Shown here: piece after piece, positions 50,244-59,980 of the stretch
Position numbering within the stretch: position 1 is the first letter of the stretch
Layout: each line of letters begins with the position of its first letter
Origin: a virus
DNA length: 64,000 nt
Virus record (IMG/VR): IMGVR_UViG_3300009678_001574
Direction: 5' to 3' (one strand)
Translations under genes and position numbers: made by a program
The notes under the pieces: generated by a model
Database searches by the model: none
The model's input: only the letters and a program-made list of their open reading frames with translations
Told to the model about the DNA's origin: nothing

Positions 50244-50483
50244 ATGAAGTTCAACATAAGTAAAGAATGGTGTCAATGGGCTGCTGAATTGGAAAACAAT
50301 TCAGAGGTTGGTGCTGGTGTTCAGGCTGGAAAGATTCGCAAGATTGCTGACCTTCCCAGAGTATGCAATGATTTCGCTCATGACCCGCCAGGGATGATTG
50401 TGCTAGATAACGGCGTGTATCAATATGAATGTCCTGGTTGTGGGCACATAACTACATTCACTGTCAACAAGCCAACTCTCTAA
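50244..50483 (+). CDS. Small zinc-ribbon protein
   Basis: C...H.PP ... CPGCG; GAGGA RBS. Confidence 0.55.
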   Translation: MKFNISKEWCQWAAELENNSEVGAGVQAGKIRKIADLPRVCNDFAHDPPGMIVLDNGVYQYECPGCGHITTFTVNKPTL

Positions 50484-50488
50484 ATTAC

Positions 50489-50560
50489 GCCAGCGGTCTC
50501 GGAGGCTCCAAGATAATCGTTCAATCGTCTCCCGAGGTGCAACGCCTCCCGCTGGCTCCA
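50489..50560 (+). pseudogene. Degenerate tRNA-like element (72 nt)
   Basis: Acceptor GCCAGCG/CGCTGGC+T+CCA and T-like arm GAGG-TGCAACG-CCTC; D and anticodon arms do not pair well. Confidence 0.5.
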
Positions 50561-50787
50561 ACCGAAATTTGGGACCATCTCCAACTTTTCACGTTGAAGC
50601 CCTTTCATGGCTGCGGTGGCCCCAATTTAACTACAGAGTAAGGGAATAAACAAATGGATGCAATGGTTGCTCGTGCTGTGGCTTCAGTTGCGGTTTGTGC
50701 TGCTGGCGCCTATGCAATGAATATCTCGAATGGTTCAACTGGTATTGGCTGGACTGTTCTTGGTCTTCTAATTATTTGGGGTAATGC

Positions 50788-51274
50788 TTGAGGCCGAACG
50801 CTACACACGCTCTCTTAGGCAGCGATGGTATTGGTAGCGTAGGAGTGATTTCCTGGCATACCAATGAATTTGAGGCATACCGAGAAGCAAAACGAATTAA
50901 CGATAACGGTGGCAAGGTTAAGGTTGTGCCTGTGGTTGATGGCGAACTTACCCCTGAGCATCAGGCCGAAAAAGCCAAGCTCTTTGAAGACCGTTATAAT
51001 GCGGTGATCGGAAATGGATAAGGAATCCACTGAAGTTAAACTGAACAGACTCAAGGCCGAAGTTGAAAAACTATTGTCCGACTTCAGGCATTCAGCGCAA
51101 CACCATAGAAACACGAGCCAGTCTGCCGGCGAACATAACTCTTCGTCTACCTGGCATCAAGGGTCTTCTGATGCATACCGTAGAGTCAGCGAACGTATCG
51201 AAGATTGGCAGCAAACGGTTAATCAATTGGTTGATGAACTTATCACTCAAGAAAAGAACAAGTCGGGACCATAG
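50788..51274 (+). CDS. Two hypothetical ORFs (50788-51021, 51014-51274)
   Basis: Second ORF stop lies inside tRNA-Lys 5' end. Confidence 0.5.
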
Positions 51275-51340
51275 CTCAGTTGGTAGAGCATCTGGCTCTT
51301 AACCAGAGAGTCGCTGGTTCGATCCCAGCTGGTCCCACCA
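51265..51340 (+). tRNA. tRNA-Lys(CUU)
   Basis: GGGACCA/TGGTCCC acceptor, TCTGG-CTCTTAA-CCAGA anticodon arm, GGTTCGATCCC, encoded CCA; 76 nt. Confidence 0.95.
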
Positions 51341-51347
51341 AACGAAT

Positions 51348-51919
51348 ATGACAAAGCAAAATAGAATAGATAAGGCCTTACGGTTCGCTATCAAGTACGG
51401 TGGCATTGACGGAGCGCATCATAAGACCTGGGTAATAGACCAGATAGTTAGAGCCTTGACTGGTTGCCCAACAGTCACGCGTAGAGCAAGAGACTATCAG
51501 GATAAGCCTTATACCTATCGCTGCCAAGGTGAGTCTAAGGAATACAAAGACCTGGTGAAGCGAGCAAAGGCTGGCGAAGATGGGCCAGATACTTACGAAT
51601 GGGATGAGGGCATTCCTCCTTAACCAACAGGTGTACTATGCGTAAAGGTCGAATAGAAAATTGGCAAGAAGTTGAGTTCTTCAAGCAGACTCGCATCTAT
51701 GGAAACGTATATGAGTGCGATGCATTTGAAGAAGGTGAAGGTATGATGACCAACGAACTGGTTAAGTACCATGCAATCTTCGGTACTACAGTAGCAGAGA
51801 CTCGTAGCGGTTCAATGTATACATTGGGCAAGCCGGCTGAAAACCCGCGAACGCTCAAAGAAATATTTGCTGAATATGCAGATACCGAAATCAAAGAATC
51901 GAACCACAGTTATAATTAG
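51348..51919 (+). CDS. Two phage-type hypothetical proteins (51348-51623, 51638-51919)
   Basis: YGGIDGAHHK.WVIDQ.VRAL; I.NW...IYG.VY...ET..GS.Y.LG. Confidence 0.6.
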
Positions 51920-52048
51920 AAGGATTCCTAGGGCAATCAAAATCCTCTACACTGTGTACACATTAAACCGACGGTCAGGGAGTAGTCACAAACTAGCCTG
52001 GAAGACTGCAAAGGGTTTCTTTAAGTTAGCTTTAGCTTGGGGTTAGCA

Positions 52049-52525
52049 ATGGAAGAAGAAATCATCTACAATCGTTTTGAGCGAGTGTTTGATGAGTGGG
52101 TGTGTTTGCATGACGAGCACATTTACTTCAAGGGCTACAACCCCAATGTTCCTGCAATTTTTCTTTGTGGGAGAACTTTACGAGTTCGGGCTAACGATGC
52201 ATGGTCCAAGCTGCCTAAGCATTTGAAAGAGGCAACTGTTGCTCACGAAATTGGACACCGTGAGATGGGACACGCTAGTGTTCCTCAAGACAACCCGTTC
52301 TACCGCACTGGCTTCATTCTTCAGGGTAAGGTGAATCCTAGAGAGCTTGAGGCTGATAGGTATGCTTGCAAGTTGGTAGGCACGGAAAGCTATGTCAAGT
52401 CTCTTAGGGAGCTTAGGGAAATCATGGCTATGAATCCATCTACTCCAGCAACTGCTTTGCGTGAGCTTGAACTTAGGGCTTGCATTCTTGAAGATAAAAT
52501 AAACATTCTTTCAAAGTACAATTAA
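52049..52525 (+). CDS. Zinc metallopeptidase (M48 / ImmA-IrrE-like)
   Basis: VAHEIGH (HExxH) and ELEADRYA. Confidence 0.7.
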   Translation: MEEEIIYNRFERVFDEWVCLHDEHIYFKGYNPNVPAIFLCGRTLRVRANDAWSKLPKHLKEATVAHEIGHREMGHASVPQDNPFYRTGFILQGKVNPRELEADRYACKLVGTESYVKSLRELREIMAMNPSTPATALRELELRACILEDKINILSKYN

Positions 52526-52740
52526 CAATGAAACAACTGCTAACAGAAACTGGCATTGGACTGGTGGTTATCATCATCTTTATGGCCGGTGTCTTAATTG
52601 CGGTAAAGTGTGGCTAATGGAAACTCAAGCTATGAAAGATGCAGAGCTTATGTATAAGGCTCTGATGCAGATTGCTTTTGGTGAAGGTCAAGTCAATGCA
52701 AAAGAGATTGCGACAGATGCAATCCTAAAGGTGGTAGAAA

Positions 52741-53175
52741 ATGCCGGACGAGCACTCAAGCAAAGTGGCCGTATATCCGGGTTCGTTCAACCCGTGGCAT
52801 AGCGGACATAGCGATGTACTGGCTAAGGCGCTAGCTGTTTTCGATAGGGTTATCGTTGCAGTAGGGACTAATCCTGATAAGCACGACAGCTCCCTGGAAG
52901 TTTATAATAATCTAACGACTGTCTTTTCTGTGAACCCTCGTGTAGAGGTTAAGCGCTTCACTGGGCTGTTGGCAGACTTCGTTAAAGAAATTGGTGCGAC
53001 GGCTGTAGTGAGAGGGCTGAGAAACAGCAACGATTTCGAGTTTGAACAGACGCAACAATACTGGAATGAAGACCTGGGGCTTCCGTGTCCCATTCTACAT
53101 TTCATATCCAAGCGCGAACTTGTACATATGTCTAGCACTATGATTCGCCAGCTTGAAAAGTTCAAAGGAAAATGA
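52741..53175 (+). CDS. coaD: Phosphopantetheine adenylyltransferase
   Basis: AVYPGSFNPWHSGH, FDRVIVAV..NP.K, VRGLRN..DFEFE, SST.IR. Confidence 0.88.
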   Translation: MPDEHSSKVAVYPGSFNPWHSGHSDVLAKALAVFDRVIVAVGTNPDKHDSSLEVYNNLTTVFSVNPRVEVKRFTGLLADFVKEIGATAVVRGLRNSNDFEFEQTQQYWNEDLGLPCPILHFISKRELVHMSSTMIRQLEKFKGK

Positions 53176-53741
53176 TTAGGATATTACTGGCTGCTTTGCT
53201 TATCTCGTGTGACGCGGGTCAAGTAGATGTGGTACAGCCGCCAGTAACGCCTGGGTTTTCTTTTTGCGAGTTCAATGTAGAGGGAGCATGTGTAATTTTA
53301 TACAGCCCTCATATGAAGGTTGACCCAGTAATATTATCTACGTATCTGGGTTATCTGGAATACGAAGTTAACTACTATTTTCCTGGGTTAGACCTGTCTG
53401 ACTTGGCCGAACAAGAGCAGTTGGATATAGTATATAAGTGGGCCAACTGGAGCACAGAGCACCAAGGAGAATACGCAGACTACGAAACTACAGCTTACAT
53501 CTATCTCCGCCAAGGTGAGGCTATAGTTCCTAGAATGGAGTGTACTGACAGGTACCTCATAGTGCTGCATGAGGTTCTACACTTCTTGACTGAGCGTTAT
53601 CTGTTCTACGTTTATGTAGATGGAGACGTTCACAATGTGCCTAATTTGTTTAGACGTTGGGCTTTCTTGAACGACCTATCTACAGACCTCACAGTAGAGG
53701 GTAGGCTTACCACTATGGTTTTAAGGTACTGTCAAACGTAG
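53172..53741 (+). CDS. Lipoprotein with HExxH motif
   Basis: LLISC lipobox; VLHEVLH. Confidence 0.6.
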   Translation: MIRILLAALLISCDAGQVDVVQPPVTPGFSFCEFNVEGACVILYSPHMKVDPVILSTYLGYLEYEVNYYFPGLDLSDLAEQEQLDIVYKWANWSTEHQGEYADYETTAYIYLRQGEAIVPRMECTDRYLIVLHEVLHFLTERYLFYVYVDGDVHNVPNLFRRWAFLNDLSTDLTVEGRLTTMVLRYCQT

Positions 53742-53747
53742 GAATAC

Positions 53748-54158
53748 ATGAACGACGAAGAACAGATAGAGCAGCTAACCAAAACTTTGTATAGAGTTGA
53801 GCAGCAGAACAAGAACCTGCATCAGCTTATCAATGAAGGTGGCGGCTGTTGTAAGTGTGAAGTGGATAAGTACGGTATAGTGATAGATACCTGTGAAGTC
53901 CACCTTGAACTAGAGCAAGCCAAGACTCGCAAAAATCCCAAGTATGAATTTGGGTACGTAAGACTTGGGTACTCATTTGATAACGTTACTGGACAAGGTT
54001 TTGTTCTCAAGTGGAGCTGTAAGGGTATCGGCTTTGGTGAACTTACCTTCATCAAAGATGGCGATAAAACCAAATGCGAAACGGAATGTATGTCTCCTGA
54101 GTTTGTTCAAGCTGTGCTGGACGAATTCTGTCGTGGTCTAATTCTTCTAAATAGGTAA
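53748..54158 (+). CDS. Hypothetical protein
   Basis: 136-aa ORF. Confidence 0.5.
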   Translation: MNDEEQIEQLTKTLYRVEQQNKNLHQLINEGGGCCKCEVDKYGIVIDTCEVHLELEQAKTRKNPKYEFGYVRLGYSFDNVTGQGFVLKWSCKGIGFGELTFIKDGDKTKCETECMSPEFVQAVLDEFCRGLILLNR

Positions 54159-54162
54159 GCTC

Positions 54163-54618
54163 ATGCGTAACACGCTCTGCATTATAGACATGCAGCCAAA
54201 GTTTCCTGCCTCTGACCATATTTTGCAGCAGGTCATTTGGAAGGTAGAAGAAGCTAAACAGAACAAATGGTACATAGTAGTACTAGAGTATGACAACTAT
54301 GGTCGTACTAATGCAGCCTTGTGTAATATTCTGCGAGGCTATAAGCGCAAGGTCTATGTCACTAAGTACGAGGACGATGGTAGTTTGGAGTTCGCATCAG
54401 CCGCCCATAAGAACAAGTTCAGTTTAAGTACGGTTGTAGTGATGGGCGTGAATAGAGGATGGTGCGTAAGAGATACTGTAGCTGGACTTTTAGACCACGG
54501 AAAAATCAAAAGCATTCTGATTGCCAAAGATGCTACCTGGGGCCGTCGACCGGCCAAAGAACTCGAAAGCCTAGAAGCCCTTGTTTCTCAGTATCCTAAT
54601 AGGATTAAATTTGTATGA
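54163..54618 (+). CDS. Isochorismatase / cysteine hydrolase family (nicotinamidase-like)
   Basis: LCIIDMQ, K..DDGS, VVMGVN..WCV..T. Confidence 0.75.
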   Translation: MRNTLCIIDMQPKFPASDHILQQVIWKVEEAKQNKWYIVVLEYDNYGRTNAALCNILRGYKRKVYVTKYEDDGSLEFASAAHKNKFSLSTVVVMGVNRGWCVRDTVAGLLDHGKIKSILIAKDATWGRRPAKELESLEALVSQYPNRIKFV

Positions 54619-55529
54619 GCCTTGTGCCTAACCCATTATTTGCTATCAAAACTCATACCTTGACTTTAGAAAAGGTGTGGGAGCACTACGAAGCCTGTCT
54701 CAAGGTACACGACTGGACCTACGAATATAGCGACGACTTCAGGTATTGGTCTAAAGGCAAGGGCGAGCGAGATTACATCAACCACACAAAGAAAGTGCTA
54801 GAGAAGCATGATGCACCTCGTGCCCAAACTCTCTATGCTAAATACGAAATCAAATGAATCAACTTGATTGGAAAGCTTACTTCAAGCCAGACGAAACCTG
54901 CGCAGAAATTCGCAACAAGTATGCTAAGCTAAATGAGCTAAACGAGTATCAAAGTGAGGCTGCTAGTGCCGCAGTTCGTGAAGCGTTTGAAGCTGGTTTT
55001 GCTACTGCCTTCGTAAGTGGATATACTGAAGGGCAGAAGATTAACACTAACCGACTGGTTAAGCTGTTGGCAATCAGAGCGCTGTTCAGTGTCATCTGTG
55101 CCCTGCCAGTGGTGTCTGCGCTACTAACTGTTACCCAGCGCGTTGAAATTGCTTTCTTTAGTGCTGCGCTACTGCTCACTGGATGGTTCTATATGTGGGA
55201 CAGGTTCTTTTACGCACTACCTGGAATGATGCTTAGACTGTCGGACTTCATCGCAAAGCGTAAGGCCGCAGCACAAAAGAAGAAGGATGAGCTACCTCGA
55301 TAGATGCTGTGGTCGTGTACCAGAAACTTGGCGAGAACTAGAAGCTGAGTTTAATAAGATAGAAGTATTAGAGAGGGCTTTAATAAGAGACTTAACAACT
55401 CTTAAAGAAAGCTCTGCTATTCCCCTGTCGTGTAACTTTTACTTTTCGCTCCACGAATTCGATATGATTCCAGGCTATAGAATCTGGCAAGACCGTAAAC
55501 GACTTTTGGCTCATTACCCAGAGGACTAA
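54615..55529 (+). CDS. Three hypothetical ORFs (54615-54857, 54854-55303 membrane, 55287-55529)
   Basis: Coupled ORFs; HDW.Y..SDD...W..G in first. Confidence 0.55.
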
Positions 55530-56072
55530 ATGATTATCGCTGGTATTGGCTCACGCACTACACCGAAGAGTATTCTCTCTGAGATGATTCACATTGGTGA
55601 GTGGTGCCGTGCTAATAAGGTTGCGGTTCGTTCTGGTCATGCTGAAGGAGCTGACTGGGCCTTTGAGCAGGGCGCACAAGAGAATTGTATTGCTTATTTG
55701 CCGTGGGCTACTTTCAACCAACACCTTCAATCGAGAGCACACTTCATAGTTCCTGCGCTTACCACTGAACTAGAGCATTCAGTAAGAAAGTATCATCCAG
55801 CACCTAACAATCTTAGTCCAGCAGCATTTAAGTTGATGGCTAGAAACTTCTGTCAGATAGTCGGGTTGGATGGTTCAAAGCTCACTAACGCTGTTGTGTG
55901 CTGGACGTCAGATGGTAAAGCATCTGGTGGTACTGGACATGCTCTGAGGATAGCGGCAGACCCAGAGTATAATATTCCTGTGCTAAATATGCACAGCGAA
56001 AAATTTAATACAGCAGATAAGGTATGCGTAGTTTTGAAAAGCATGTTCGACAGTTCAATCATTCAGATTTAG
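55530..56072 (+). CDS. SLOG / DprA-like nucleotide-binding protein
   Basis: IAGIGSR.TP, SGHAEGAD.AFE.GA, ARN..QI.G, GGTGHALRIA. Confidence 0.75.
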   Translation: MIIAGIGSRTTPKSILSEMIHIGEWCRANKVAVRSGHAEGADWAFEQGAQENCIAYLPWATFNQHLQSRAHFIVPALTTELEHSVRKYHPAPNNLSPAAFKLMARNFCQIVGLDGSKLTNAVVCWTSDGKASGGTGHALRIAADPEYNIPVLNMHSEKFNTADKVCVVLKSMFDSSIIQI

Positions 56073-56087
56073 TAAAGGGCTTACAAG

Positions 56088-58259
56088 ATGCGTTCCAAGT
56101 ATATTAATCCTACGAGCAGTGAAGAGAGCCCGTTCGTAGGTGTGGCTCTGGACTATGCACACAATCTTTTCGCTGGCACGTTCATCCGTAATCTGGGAAC
56201 CAAGAAGAGTTCAATTCATGTAGAAGACGACGACCTCGGCGCAATCTTCGTTGAGACATTCGGAATTGTTTATCCGAAGGCCGCGAAGGACTTTACCTCG
56301 CTTACTCCGAAGCAGCAGGGCGTTTGGCTTCGTAAGTATCTTAAGGCCAAGGGCAAGGTTGCCAAGGAGCCGCGTGCTGTTGGCGAGCCTGTCAGGTCTA
56401 ATATTGATACAGTTTCTTATCTGTCTGGCCTGACTTTGGTTCAGAAGAAGATTCTTACATTTCTTCTGGCTATTAATGATTTGCCTAGCCTTAAGGAACT
56501 GGTTCATCTGTTTGACTATGTGACCACTTCTCATGCAGTTCAGCTTGTTGCTATTGCCATCAACTCACCTCACAAGGAAGTGGCAGACGCTCTTGCTCCC
56601 ACTGGTCGGCTAGTTAGCTGTGGTCTAGTGTCCATTGATGCTGGGTCTAACCACCTTGAAGAGAAGATTGACACTATGACTGGGATTACCGATATCATGT
56701 CGGTTCCCAATCTCACTCAAGAGTCATTGCTTTCTCACTTCCTTCCTACTACGCCGCCCACCAAGTTGGAGTGGTCCGACTTCAGTCATATGGAAGCTCA
56801 GGTTTCCTTTGCTCGGTCCATCCTTGAATATGGTATTAGCCGCGCTCAACGTGGCATCAATATCATCTTCTATGGAGATACTGGTACTGGCAAGACTGAG
56901 TTGGCTAAGCTGTTGGCAAGGGAGATTGGCGCTACGCTATACAGTGTGGGAACTGAGAACCAAGAAGGTGGTGACCCAGATGCTGCCGAACGTATTGCTT
57001 CCCTTTTGATTGGACAGTGGCTTGTGAGTGGTGGTAATTCTGTACTGCTGTTCGACGAGCTTGAAGACCTGTTCAGTTGGGGTAGCTTTGACTTTGGTGC
57101 CTTTGGTAGAGCCGATGTTAAGTTCTCTAAGCAGTGGTTTAACAATGTTCTCGAAAAGAATCTTGTTCCCACTATTTGGATTACCAATAACGTGAGAGGA
57201 ATTGACCCAGCGTTTCTTCGTCGGTTTACCTATGCTATTGAGTTCAAGCCCCTTGACTCTAAGCAACGAGCTAAGGTTATCACTCGGTACCTCATTGGCT
57301 CTGTGTTGACTGAAGCACAAGTTAATATCTTGGCAGAGAAGTACAATGCTAGCCCGGCGCAAATCAATAACGCCATCGCAGTAGCTAGATTGATTTCTGA
57401 AAATGGTGAGCCAGATATTAAGTCCATTGAACAAGTGCTTGGTGCTACTGAGCGTAGTATCAGCCTGACTGCTCGTGGTCATGTTGAGAAGGCTCCACCA
57501 AAGGTTAACTTCAATGTAAGTTCTTACTGTCTAGATGCGCTTAACGCTTCTGATAACCTTCTTGAGATTGCTGATAAGATTCTTGGTTGGAAGCCTAGCC
57601 ATGAACCTGGTATCTCAATGTGCTTGTATGGACCTCCTGGCACTGGTAAGTCTGAGTACGTTAAGTACGTAGCTTACAAGATGCAGAAGAATGTTCTTGT
57701 CAAGCGAGCGTCCGATATTCTCAACCTGTACTTGGGTGAGAGTGAGAAGGCTATCGCTAGAGCTTTCCAAGAGGCAGAAGAGACTGGTTCAATCCTTCTC
57801 TTTGACGAAGTGGATTCGTTCCTTCAGGACCGCAACAAGGCTACTAAGTCTTGGGAAGTCACGCAGGTTAATGAGTTCCTTCAGCAGATGGAAATCTTCA
57901 GGGGCTTCGTGGTTTGCACTACTAACCTGTATGAAGGTCTTGATGCCGCGTCTTTGCGTAGGTTCATCTTCAAGATTAAGTTTGACTTCTTGAAGCCCGA
58001 GCAGACGGTAATGTTATTCAGGACTATGCTGCCTGAAATTCTTACCAACTTTGGTTTGCTTGGCTTCGATGACGAAGACCTTATCAAGAAGGAAGCTGCC
58101 AGCATCTATGGGCTTGCGCCTGGAGACTTCGCTGCTGTGCGTAGGCGAGAGAAGGCTCTTGGTAGAGTCCACGATATTCAAGAAGTGATTAAGATGCTTA
58201 AGGATGAGGTTAAGGCTAAGCATTTGATTAAGCCTAACAACATCGGTTTCGGGAGTTGA
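56088..58259 (+). CDS. AAA+ ATPase with two AAA domains
   Basis: GDTGTGKT / LLFDELE / DPAFLRRF and GPPGTGKS / LLFDEVD / LDAASLRRF; C-terminal IGF tail. Confidence 0.9.
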   Translation: MRSKYINPTSSEESPFVGVALDYAHNLFAGTFIRNLGTKKSSIHVEDDDLGAIFVETFGIVYPKAAKDFTSLTPKQQGVWLRKYLKAKGKVAKEPRAVGEPVRSNIDTVSYLSGLTLVQKKILTFLLAINDLPSLKELVHLFDYVTTSHAVQLVAIAINSPHKEVADALAPTGRLVSCGLVSIDAGSNHLEEKIDTMTGITDIMSVPNLTQESLLSHFLPTTPPTKLEWSDFSHMEAQVSFARSILEYGISRAQRGINIIFYGDTGTGKTELAKLLAREIGATLYSVGTENQEGGDPDAAERIASLLIGQWLVSGGNSVLLFDELEDLFSWGSFDFGAFGRADVKFSKQWFNNVLEKNLVPTIWITNNVRGIDPAFLRRFTYAIEFKPLDSKQRAKVITRYLIGSVLTEAQVNILAEKYNASPAQINNAIAVARLISENGEPDIKSIEQVLGATERSISLTARGHVEKAPPKVNFNVSSYCLDALNASDNLLEIADKILGWKPSHEPGISMCLYGPPGTGKSEYVKYVAYKMQKNVLVKRASDILNLYLGESEKAIARAFQEAEETGSILLFDEVDSFLQDRNKATKSWEVTQVNEFLQQMEIFRGFVVCTTNLYEGLDAASLRRFIFKIKFDFLKPEQTVMLFRTMLPEILTNFGLLGFDDEDLIKKEAASIYGLAPGDFAAVRRREKALGRVHDIQEVIKMLKDEVKAKHLIKPNNIGFGS

Positions 58260-58870
58260 TGATGATTGGCATTGTCTTTATCTTGTTGGTGGTATATCAG
58301 CTCAAGCATTTCATTGCTGACTATCCACTTCAAGGTACATACATGCTGGGCAAGTTTAAGCCGGGCTGGGACTTTCTCGGCCCGCTTACTGCTCACTGTG
58401 GCGTTCATGCTGCAATGACCTTTGTCATTAGCTGTGTGTGCTTCTTTGTGGCCTATGGATTTAACTTCTACAGCTTGTTGCCTGTGGGAGTAATGTCTTT
58501 GATTCTAGCAGCAACGGACTTTGCAATTCATTTTGCCATGGACCGTATCAAGGCTGGGCCAAAGTATCTGGGTAGGTACAAGGCTCTGTCTGGTGCTGAG
58601 TTTATGAACTATGTGCAGAAGCTCAAGTTCGCTCAGTCTGGTGTGGAGCAAGCTACAAAGATGCTGGCCAAAGAAGGCGCTACAGAAGCAGACAAGGACT
58701 TCTGGGAAAACAATAGAAATTTTCATCAGCAAGATGTAGATACTGTTCTTACAGCCTTTAAGAATAATGTATATTTTTGGTGGGCTTTGGGACTAGACCA
58801 GATGGTGCATCACCTTACGCACTATGGTATTGTATATATCATCGTGACAAACATGAACCTGGGACAATAA
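58256..58870 (+). CDS. DUF3307 membrane protein
   Basis: KHFIADYPLQ, H...H, IHFAMD..K, LG.DQ..HHL.H. Confidence 0.8.
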   Translation: MMMIGIVFILLVVYQLKHFIADYPLQGTYMLGKFKPGWDFLGPLTAHCGVHAAMTFVISCVCFFVAYGFNFYSLLPVGVMSLILAATDFAIHFAMDRIKAGPKYLGRYKALSGAEFMNYVQKLKFAQSGVEQATKMLAKEGATEADKDFWENNRNFHQQDVDTVLTAFKNNVYFWWALGLDQMVHHLTHYGIVYIIVTNMNLGQ

Positions 58871-59200
58871 ATGCGAGCTGGATTCTTTGTTGACCGACTC
58901 AAGGTTCATATTGATTTTCCTGGAGCTACTAAGTTCAGACTTACCACTCTGTATCGCCAGAAAGAATTCGAGGTTGGTAAGCATAGATTCATTAATGCAG
59001 AAACACTTGAGCCTATCAAGTTTGTTTCTAACGATATTGCCTTCTACTTACTTATCAGTGAGCATACTGGAATGAATCCTAAAGACGACACAACCAGGTA
59101 TAGCTTTAAGGCTCAAATTACAGACCGCGGCGGTCTAGTAGGAGAAACGGTTCATAACAAGCCGCTCACTGTAGACTTCAAGATGGCGAGGAAAAAGTGA
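58871..59200 (+). CDS. Hypothetical protein
   Basis: 109-aa ORF. Confidence 0.5.
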   Translation: MRAGFFVDRLKVHIDFPGATKFRLTTLYRQKEFEVGKHRFINAETLEPIKFVSNDIAFYLLISEHTGMNPKDDTTRYSFKAQITDRGGLVGETVHNKPLTVDFKMARKK

Positions 59201-59673
59201 AGGAAGCAAGAGTAGATATTCTTTCGGCAGAGATTCTTAAAACCGCCGATGCTATCTGCTTCACCTCTAATGGCATTGTGAAATCCAATGGTGAGCTGGT
59301 TATGGGCGCTGGTATAGCTAAGGCATTTGCTGACAAGTGGCCGCCTTTGGCTATTCGAGCTGGTCACTGTGTTAAGATGGGCGGCAATAGAGTACATTGG
59401 CTAAAGGACATTTTTACTTATCGCCTTGACGATGGCAGTCATAAGTACGTAGCTGTTGTTTCTTTTCCAACCAAAAACGATTGGAAGAGTCCATCTAGTT
59501 TGCCTCTCATCATCGAATCTGCCACGCAACTATCTACTCTCGCTAATATTCGTAAATGGAACAATGTATATCTTCCTAGGCCTGGTGTTGGACTTGGTGG
59601 ACTGGATTGGAAGAATGTTAAAGCTGCTATCGAACCGCTACTTGATGACAGATTTACAGTAGTGTATAAGTGA
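59197..59673 (+). CDS. Macrodomain (ADP-ribose processing) protein
   Basis: TSNG.V..NG.LVMGAGIAK, FPTK.DW, PRPGVGLGGL.W. Confidence 0.85.
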   Translation: MKEARVDILSAEILKTADAICFTSNGIVKSNGELVMGAGIAKAFADKWPPLAIRAGHCVKMGGNRVHWLKDIFTYRLDDGSHKYVAVVSFPTKNDWKSPSSLPLIIESATQLSTLANIRKWNNVYLPRPGVGLGGLDWKNVKAAIEPLLDDRFTVVYK

Positions 59674-59680
59674 GGTTGTT

Positions 59681-59971
59681 ATGAGCAAGATGCCAGCTAG
59701 AATATTGTGGAAGGCTTATGATGGTAGAGAGTTCATCATTGAGCCGCACAAGCTAAAACTGAATAGCATGGAAGAAGTCTATGTTCATATCAGCGAACTT
59801 CGCAAGAAACACGGCTATGAAGACCCAACATTCATGCACGTTGTAGCTCCACCCGAACTAGACGTTGGCAAGACTACTGATACCAGTGAATTGCCTGACA
59901 AGCTCAGGGCTGAAGTTGAAAACGTAATCAAGGAAGGGCTTGACCGGCCCGACCCAAAGAAACAAAACTAA
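59681..59971 (+). CDS. Hypothetical protein
   Basis: 96-aa ORF. Confidence 0.5.
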   Translation: MSKMPARILWKAYDGREFIIEPHKLKLNSMEEVYVHISELRKKHGYEDPTFMHVVAPPELDVGKTTDTSELPDKLRAEVENVIKEGLDRPDPKKQN

Positions 59972-59980
59972 GGAAATAAA

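Noticed and set aside
50100-51360. Theta (HDV-like) ribozymes downstream of the tRNAs
   Set aside because: No P1/P3/L3 (UYCNCGY) fold begins after either CCA end.
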